Origin: Terriglobia bacterium
GTDB taxonomy: Bacteria > Acidobacteriota > Terriglobia > JAJPHL01 > JAPKYU01
DNA length: 64,000 nucleotides
Assembly (NCBI GenBank): GCA_965223005.1
Contig: CBDCVK010000006.1
Coordinates: 105,838-169,837, forward strand
Direction of reading: 5' to 3'
The translations under genes were made by a program, and so were the position numbers. The notes beneath the pieces were generated by a model. It was not told where the DNA came from. It saw only the letters and a list, made by a program, of their open reading frames with translations, and searched no databases. Positions 58,374 to 64,000 of the stretch are shown one piece after another. Numbering within the stretch: position 1 is the first letter of the stretch; the number at the start of each line of letters is the position of its first letter.

Positions 58374-60797
58374 CTACCTCCTGGACAGGTGTTCAATGGC
58401 CTCGGTGAGGCCATACTGTTTGACTGCTTCCGCCCGCTTCTGAGCATCGACCGGCGACGAGGTATAGAGCCAATAGCTGGCCGGATCGACTTCGAGCCGC
58501 AAGATGCCCGCTGCGTCGGTGCGGCGCAGGTAAAGCTCCCGTTTGGGAATCAAGCCGCGAATGGTGTTTACTTCCGAAGGGTTCAGCCGGAAGGTGTCTG
58601 CGGCTTTCTCCGGCAAGTCGGGGTTGGCAAGGAATAGCTTGGTTGGCATGGATTCGAGCAACGCTTCCGCCCCTGCGGTTCCGGTTACGTCCACGGCGCT
58701 CTGCGTGGCGACGACGAGCGCCGCATTCTTCTTGCGCCAGGTCTTGGCGGCCTCGGCCAGATAGGAAAGCACCGCCGGGTCTTGGAGGTAGCGCCAGGCT
58801 TCATCGACCACCATGAGTTTTACCCTTGCGGTCTCATCCGGGTTCTCCAAAGCCAGCCGCAACCGTTCGAGAAGGTAGAACAGCGCCGCTTCGCACAAGT
58901 CTTCGTGCTCCGCCGCGCCCGCCATGTCGATCACCTGCCAGTCCTGGAAGTTGAGATCGTCTCCGTCCGCCGGATTATCAAAGTACCTGGCCCACGCTCC
59001 GGCTCCGTGCCAGCGGCCCAAAGCGGGCCACATCTTTGCGGGAAGGGAGCGGACCAGCACCCCAAGGGTCCGCCGCTGGGGTGCAAAGGCGTAGAGGTCT
59101 TCGACGCGGGCGCGGATCTCGCTGGGGTCTTCGCCGCTGAGTTTCCACCCGCCGATCCTCAACAGACGCGATATCCAGCCGGTGAGGAACCCGAAGGTGC
59201 GCGCCCCCGCCGGGAGCGAGAAGGGGCGCAACCGGAAACCGGCGCCCGCGCTCCCGTCGGGGGATAGCTCCATATAGCCGCCGCCGAGAAACTGCGTGAG
59301 CCAGCGATAGGAGCCGCCGAGATCGAGAATGAGAACACGCGGATCGTATTGCAGCGCCTGAACCAGCAGGAAATTGAGCAAGAAACTTTTACCCGCGCCG
59401 GTCGCACCGAGAACCAGCGTGTGTCCCACGTCGCCTTGAAACAGATCGTAGTGGTAGGGAGTCCGCCATTGGGTCTCAAGGATCGCCAGCGCCGGCTTCC
59501 GCAAGTGGCCGCTCCGGGGTGTCCCCACCGGCGGCCCGAAGATCGGGGCCATCGAAGCGACCGCGCCCGCCGATACAAACACGGATCGAACCTGCCGCCG
59601 TCGCGGTTGCGCGGGCATCCGCGAGAACCAGGCCGGAAGCTGGCCGTAACCCTCCCGGATCAGCTTGGCGTCGTGGCTGTTAAAGATGCGCCGGATATCT
59701 CCGTCCAGGCTCTCGGTCTCGGGTAACGGGCCGTGGATCGCCACGGTCAGGGCAAGGTCGCCGTAGGCAATCCCGTCCGTCTCCAACTCGACCAGGGCAT
59801 CGCCCAGTCGGTCGGATTCCGCCGCCGCCGCCGTGTCCACCATCGCTGACGCGGTTCCCTCGGTTTCCTGAACGTGCGCGGACATCGAGTAGCGCTTCGA
59901 GAAGTAATGCCGCTGCGCCCCACGGATTTTGCGCCGGGCGGCATCGAGGCGCTGCGGCCGCCATTCGAGCGTAACGGTCATCGTCGCATCGAGCCGGTAA
60001 AGACCCTGCAGAAGATTGGCGCGAGCCGCTCCCGGTGGCGAAAGCAGCGAGTAGAGAATGACGGGTTCACCGTCCAGGCGCAGATTGCGCCGCTCCGCTT
60101 CGAGCTCTGAGACGGCCAGCCGCCAATTCATGCCGCTGCCCCTCGCGCCGTCCCAAAAGGTTCCGGGCCGGTTCGTGAGTTCATTCAAGACGAGAGACGC
60201 ATCCCGCGCTTCGAGCATCCGCACCGGCGTAAGGTCATCCACCAGCGCCCGGCTTGCCTCGACCAGCTGCCGGAAGCTGGCCGCCGCCGATTCGATAGAG
60301 GAATGGAGGTAAACGGATTCATGCTGGTTCCGCCTCCGGGCCATCCAGTTCTTGGCATAGGCCATCCACCACGGCCCGCCCGTCCTCTCGGTGGTGACGG
60401 CGGACAGGTGCGGATCGTGAACCCATGCGACGTAGGCGCTCACGTCCTGCACTCGATCCGCGAGGAACGCCCGGCGCTTGCGCCGTCCGAGCGCGGCCAC
60501 GCTCGACGCCGCGCCGTCGGACTCGTCCGCAAAGTGGATCGGGCGGCGCAACAGATAGAAGTAAAGCCGCGTCCTGGAATCGAGCCCCGACAACATCCGC
60601 TGCCAGCGGTCAATCACCCGATCCAGTTGTTCGGGAGTCTGGCCGTCCAGGACGCGAGGCGTCATCCGCCCGATGCTCATGAGTTCCCCGGCCCGCGTCA
60701 GGCACGTTCGCCCATCTCCCAGCCAGCCCCACCAGGGCAGTTCCTCGGCCAGCGATCCCGCCGCGTCGTAGTCCATGAGTTCGTTGTCCACATTCAC
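58374..60797 (-). CDS. virB4: VirB4/TrbE ATPase
   Basis: GHTLVLGATGAGKS, DLGGSY, VDEAW, KTWRKKN..ATQS. Confidence 0.92.
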   Translation of the reverse strand: MNVDNELMDYDAAGSLAEELPWWGWLGDGRTCLTRAGELMSIGRMTPRVLDGQTPEQLDRVIDRWQRMLSGLDSRTRLYFYLLRRPIHFADESDGAASSVAALGRRKRRAFLADRVQDVSAYVAWVHDPHLSAVTTERTGGPWWMAYAKNWMARRRNQHESVYLHSSIESAAASFRQLVEASRALVDDLTPVRMLEARDASLVLNELTNRPGTFWDGARGSGMNWRLAVSELEAERRNLRLDGEPVILYSLLSPPGAARANLLQGLYRLDATMTVTLEWRPQRLDAARRKIRGAQRHYFSKRYSMSAHVQETEGTASAMVDTAAAAESDRLGDALVELETDGIAYGDLALTVAIHGPLPETESLDGDIRRIFNSHDAKLIREGYGQLPAWFSRMPAQPRRRQVRSVFVSAGAVASMAPIFGPPVGTPRSGHLRKPALAILETQWRTPYHYDLFQGDVGHTLVLGATGAGKSFLLNFLLVQALQYDPRVLILDLGGSYRWLTQFLGGGYMELSPDGSAGAGFRLRPFSLPAGARTFGFLTGWISRLLRIGGWKLSGEDPSEIRARVEDLYAFAPQRRTLGVLVRSLPAKMWPALGRWHGAGAWARYFDNPADGDDLNFQDWQVIDMAGAAEHEDLCEAALFYLLERLRLALENPDETARVKLMVVDEAWRYLQDPAVLSYLAEAAKTWRKKNAALVVATQSAVDVTGTAGAEALLESMPTKLFLANPDLPEKAADTFRLNPSEVNTIRGLIPKRELYLRRTDAAGILRLEVDPASYWLYTSSPVDAQKRAEAVKQYGLTEAIEHLSRR

Positions 60798-60800
60798 GCG

Positions 60801-61097
60801 CTATCTCCGAATGAGAAGCGTCCAGGGCTGCGCTGCCCACTTGCCCGGATCGTAGCGGACCCGGAACTTGGCCGACGCCCGTAGGATTTCAAGCATGTTG
60901 GGGTCTTGTTTCCAGGCCCAGAATCCCACGCCGTAGAGCACCGCGAAGATGACTCCCCCGGTCACAATGGAGTTGATGGCGTTCCACATGGCAAGGCCCA
61001 ACGTGGCGCTCAGAAGGAACCAGCGCCGTTCCACGCCCATGATCGTTAGGGGTTTACTGAGCGCCGGGTAGCCGCGCCATGTCTTGCCGCGCTCCAT
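60801..61097 (-). CDS. virB3: VirB3/TrbD
   Basis: ALSKPLTIMGVER, two TMs, KQDP. Confidence 0.82.
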   Translation of the reverse strand: MERGKTWRGYPALSKPLTIMGVERRWFLLSATLGLAMWNAINSIVTGGVIFAVLYGVGFWAWKQDPNMLEILRASAKFRVRYDPGKWAAQPWTLLIRR

Positions 61098-61390
61098 CAG
61101 AAGAGCCACGCCAGAAAGTTGGCCGCGCCCATGGCCATGCCCAGACCGAAGACGATCCCGGCCAGGGCCTTTTTGCTGCCGCCTTCACCAAAGGCGAACA
61201 TGAGCCCACCCACCACGATGGCAATCAAGCTCAGTCCTCGCGCAATGGGTCCGGTGAAGGCTTGTTGAAGTACATCAATCGCCTGCAGCCAGGGGCTCGT
61301 TCCCTGCGCCATGAGTTCTCCCGCCGAGAGTGCAAGGATGCTCGCCAGGAGAGCGCCACGCTTCCAGACGATTGAGTTGTTGTTCTTCAT
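61097..61390 (-). CDS. virB2: VirB2/TrbC pilin
   Basis: Signal peptide, SPW..L...FTGPIA..LIAIVVGGLMFAFGE. Confidence 0.88.
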   Translation of the reverse strand: MKNNNSIVWKRGALLASILALSAGELMAQGTSPWLQAIDVLQQAFTGPIARGLSLIAIVVGGLMFAFGEGGSKKALAGIVFGLGMAMGAANFLAWLF

Positions 61391-61422
61391 GCTTCCCTCC
61401 GTGTCTGTTGGGTCGTTGTGCG

Positions 61423-61746
61423 TCAGGCTCCGGGAAACCGCCCCCGGTCCTCTTGTTCCAGTTTTTCGGCAAGCTCGATTTGCCCGCCCTCCCCGCGCCG
61501 GATGGACCGCTCCATCAGATCGACCTTGCGGCCCATGTCGGCCAGCCCCAAGGCACGGGCGGCGGAGTAGAGCGTGACCATCAGCGTCACCACGGCCAGA
61601 CCGCCATACCACGCAAACGGCATCCAGTAGTCGGTTGCGATGATTCCTAAGTACGGCTTGAGATAAGCGAAGCTCTCGCCGGCCACCATCAAGGCCACGG
61701 CCAGGATGATGGCCGTCAGTCCGACACTGATTTTCCACGGTTGCAT
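61423..61746 (-). CDS. Small two-TM hypothetical protein
   Basis: GGGAG RBS, two hydrophobic helices, charged tail. Confidence 0.6.
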   Translation of the reverse strand: MQPWKISVGLTAIILAVALMVAGESFAYLKPYLGIIATDYWMPFAWYGGLAVVTLMVTLYSAARALGLADMGRKVDLMERSIRRGEGGQIELAEKLEQEDRGRFPGA

Positions 61747-61756
61747 CGCTTCTCCC

Positions 61757-62659
61757 TCAGAGTTCGATGGAGCCCTTGTCTCGACCGCCGCCGCCTCTTC
61801 CTCCGCCTCCGGTGCTGTGGTCCTGGCCGAGCGCCCGCGCTACTCGCGCCGCCGCCCGCCCATTGCTTCCATGCACGGCGAATCCAGCGGCGGCTTTCGC
61901 GCCGATACTCTTCACGTTGTAGTGCTCGGTCGCAATCTCGACGTTCACGCGCCCGCTGCGGCCCTCGATGTCGTACTCCAGCTGCGCGTCCGGGTATTCC
62001 ACCCGTCCATCCTTGACGGGGAGCCCCAGCGCCTCCGCCGCCTGGAACCGTGCGGCGTCCGCCGCCTCCTTTCCGCCTCGCGCTCTCGCGGTTTCCGTGG
62101 CGCGGGCGACCTCGCGCTTGAGTTCGGCATCAATGCGGACCCGCTTGAGGACGGCTCCTTGTTCGAGCAACCGCACTTGCTCAATCCTTGCGGCTCGAAA
62201 CACGGCCACGTCATGTTGAAGCTCTCCGGGCTTCACGAGCCCGCTCCATGATTTCTGCTCTTTGTCAAGTCCTTGTTCACGGGCTACGCGCTCGGCCCGC
62301 TCGACTCCGCGCTCGGTGAGCGTGAGCACCTTGTAGGCGCCGCCTTGCGGCCCCTCGGCAGTGTGCTCCCGGACGTGCCCGGCCCGAATCATGCGATCCA
62401 CGGCCCGACGCGCCGCGTAAGGGTGTCCATCGAAGTGAGCTTCGGCCAGGTCGCGGTAGGCGATGCTGCGATACATCCCCACCTCGGCCACCGCCCGATC
62501 CGCCCGCTCCTGAAAGTTCTTGCGCTCGGTGCGGGGATCGTATTCGCGCCGGTGGCCGCTGCGCTCCCGCTGTTCCCGTTCTTTGGTGTGGTCGCGCCTG
62601 GGGCGAGCTCCGGGCGTCCGGGTTCGGGGATCGGTAGCTAGGTCTCGCGGATCGAACAC
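61757..62659 (-). CDS. wHTH + PD-(D/E)xK-like protein (Replic_Relax/MOB-C-like candidate relaxase)
   Basis: wHTH-like RDLAEAHF...RRAVDRMIRAGHV...LTLTERG, then LQHD and YPDA...VNVEIATEHY. Confidence 0.6.
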   Translation of the reverse strand: MFDPRDLATDPRTRTPGARPRRDHTKEREQRERSGHRREYDPRTERKNFQERADRAVAEVGMYRSIAYRDLAEAHFDGHPYAARRAVDRMIRAGHVREHTAEGPQGGAYKVLTLTERGVERAERVAREQGLDKEQKSWSGLVKPGELQHDVAVFRAARIEQVRLLEQGAVLKRVRIDAELKREVARATETARARGGKEAADAARFQAAEALGLPVKDGRVEYPDAQLEYDIEGRSGRVNVEIATEHYNVKSIGAKAAAGFAVHGSNGRAAARVARALGQDHSTGGGGRGGGGRDKGSIEL

Positions 62660-62668
62660 GACGGCTCC

Positions 62669-63758
62669 TTACCGGCTCAACCCAGCCTCGCGTTGGAGCT
62701 TCTGCGCGTGTTGTTCCGTGGATTGCTTCGGCGTCTGGCTGATCTGAGGCCCGCGAGCGTGAGAGTATTGGTGGCTCAACTCCGCCGCCGTTTTCTCTTT
62801 CATCGGCGCTTCGCGCTCGTGATCTATCGCACGGTCCATGAGGTAATTGGTCATCTGTTGCGCGTCCCGCGCCGCTCTATGAATCTCGTGCGGGTCTTTT
62901 TCCAGCACCGCAACCCAATTCTCGACATAGGCCGCGCCGCGCTGCGGGTCATGCCCCACGCCCACGCGCTCCCCCGTCATCATGGCGCTGATCTCGGCAC
63001 GCAATTCCTCGCGGGCGTACTCCGGCGATCCAAAGCCTTTATCCAGCCCATCCTTGAGCGTGCCGCGGTCCATGCGGTCCGGATGGCCGGTCGAGTGACC
63101 GCATTCGTGCAGCGCCGTTTGGTAGTAGCCGTTGCGCGTCGGGAATTGGGACGGCTCCGGGAGCACCACCTTGTCCTCGGCGATCCGGTAATAGGCCCGA
63201 TCTCCGGAGACGTGCTCGACCCTCGGCCCGCTCGCCTCAATCACCTTCTCCGCATCGCGGTGAGCGTCCCATTCGGGCCGCGCCTGTGCCGGTCGCGGTT
63301 TCAACTCTAATCCGTCGACTTGCTCGACGTTGAACACGGTGTACTGTTTACAGATGGGATGGGCACGCTGCTCTTCCTCGTGGATCGTCTTTCCGTCCTT
63401 GTCCTTGAGCACCTTGCCCTGCTCGTCCTTTGCGGTTCGTGCCGTCCGATCCGTGAAGAACAAGACCTGCGTCCCTTTCTCGCCTTTGCGAACCTGCCCG
63501 CCCGCTTCTCTGATCTGGTTGTAGGTGCCCCAACGGTTGTCTCCCCCGTCCATCGCGGATACCCCGGCTCATCAGGTAGAGGCTGTTGCCGCCGCGTGTA
63601 GGGTCTTGCCGGTCGAGAGGTTCTCCGGGCTGACTCTGCTCCCCCGGCTTCCACGGCTTCTGCCACGGTGCCACGCCCGCCTTGATTTGTTCGATGAGTT
63701 CGCTAGAGACTTTCTCGGCGTAGTCTTCCCCGCGCTGCCAAAAGGATTGTTTAGCCAT
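62669..63758 (-). pseudogene. ardC: ArdC family ssDNA-binding/antirestriction protein (DUF1738 + zincin), frameshifted
   Basis: APWQKPW, GGN, RWGTYNQ..GGQVRKGEKG, VFNVEQ, LHECGHSTGH, YAREELRAE. Frame breaks at about 63540-63630. Confidence 0.8.
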
Positions 63759-64000
63759 CGGGTGCCCCCGTTTTCAATTCGCTCTTCAAACTTCGCCCGA
63801 TGCTCGATCATCCGCCCAAAACCTCCGTCCCTCGGTTTCCACGGCTTCTGCCAGGGCGCATCGCCACGCTTGATCTGCTCCATGGCTTCCGCCGCAACTT
63901 TCTTCGCAGGGCCTCTCCCAGGCTGACCGGCGCTAGTCATGGGGATCACTCCGCGCCGCGTCGATCTCTTCCACGGTTCCCACGTCCTCGTTCATAGGCA

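Larger units (their letters stand above)
47206..64000. mobile_element. Integrative conjugative element inserted at tRNA-Val (continues beyond the window)
   Basis: Integrase and excisionase next to the tRNA 3' end, followed by VirB/VirD4 T4SS genes and ArdC, all on the minus strand. Confidence 0.85.

Overview
GC-rich bacterial chromosome segment, most likely Acidobacteriota (inferred from the protein families and repeat types). Bases 1-47205 are mostly core genes: an RsbW-like kinase/STAS/mlaEFD operon, a tRNA nucleotidyltransferase, xerD, murJ, lpxD, gap, pgk, an AceE-type E1, accA, dnaE, nfi, glcD, an ECF sigma/anti-sigma module, a TPM/nucleotidyltransferase-fold/LemA operon, a YchF-like and a MoxR ATPase, and tRNA-Val(CAC). 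An archaeal-type DPS-like (thioferritin) gene is split by a 1626-bp decayed IS1380 element (5-bp ATTAG target duplication) and lies between two uncharacterised Cys-rich genes. A small rearrangement scar with an IS3-type end lies at 34.4-35.1 kb. From 47206 to the window end is the left part of an integrative conjugative element inserted at tRNA-Val. It carries a tyrosine integrase with both catalytic His positions substituted, an excisionase, a VirB2/3/4/5/6/8/9/10/11-VirD4 type IV secretion system, a palindrome-rich candidate oriT, two wHTH/nuclease-fold proteins where an HUH relaxase would be expected, and a frameshifted ArdC. No CRISPR array or rRNA was seen. All calls come from reading motifs by eye; no database searches were run.
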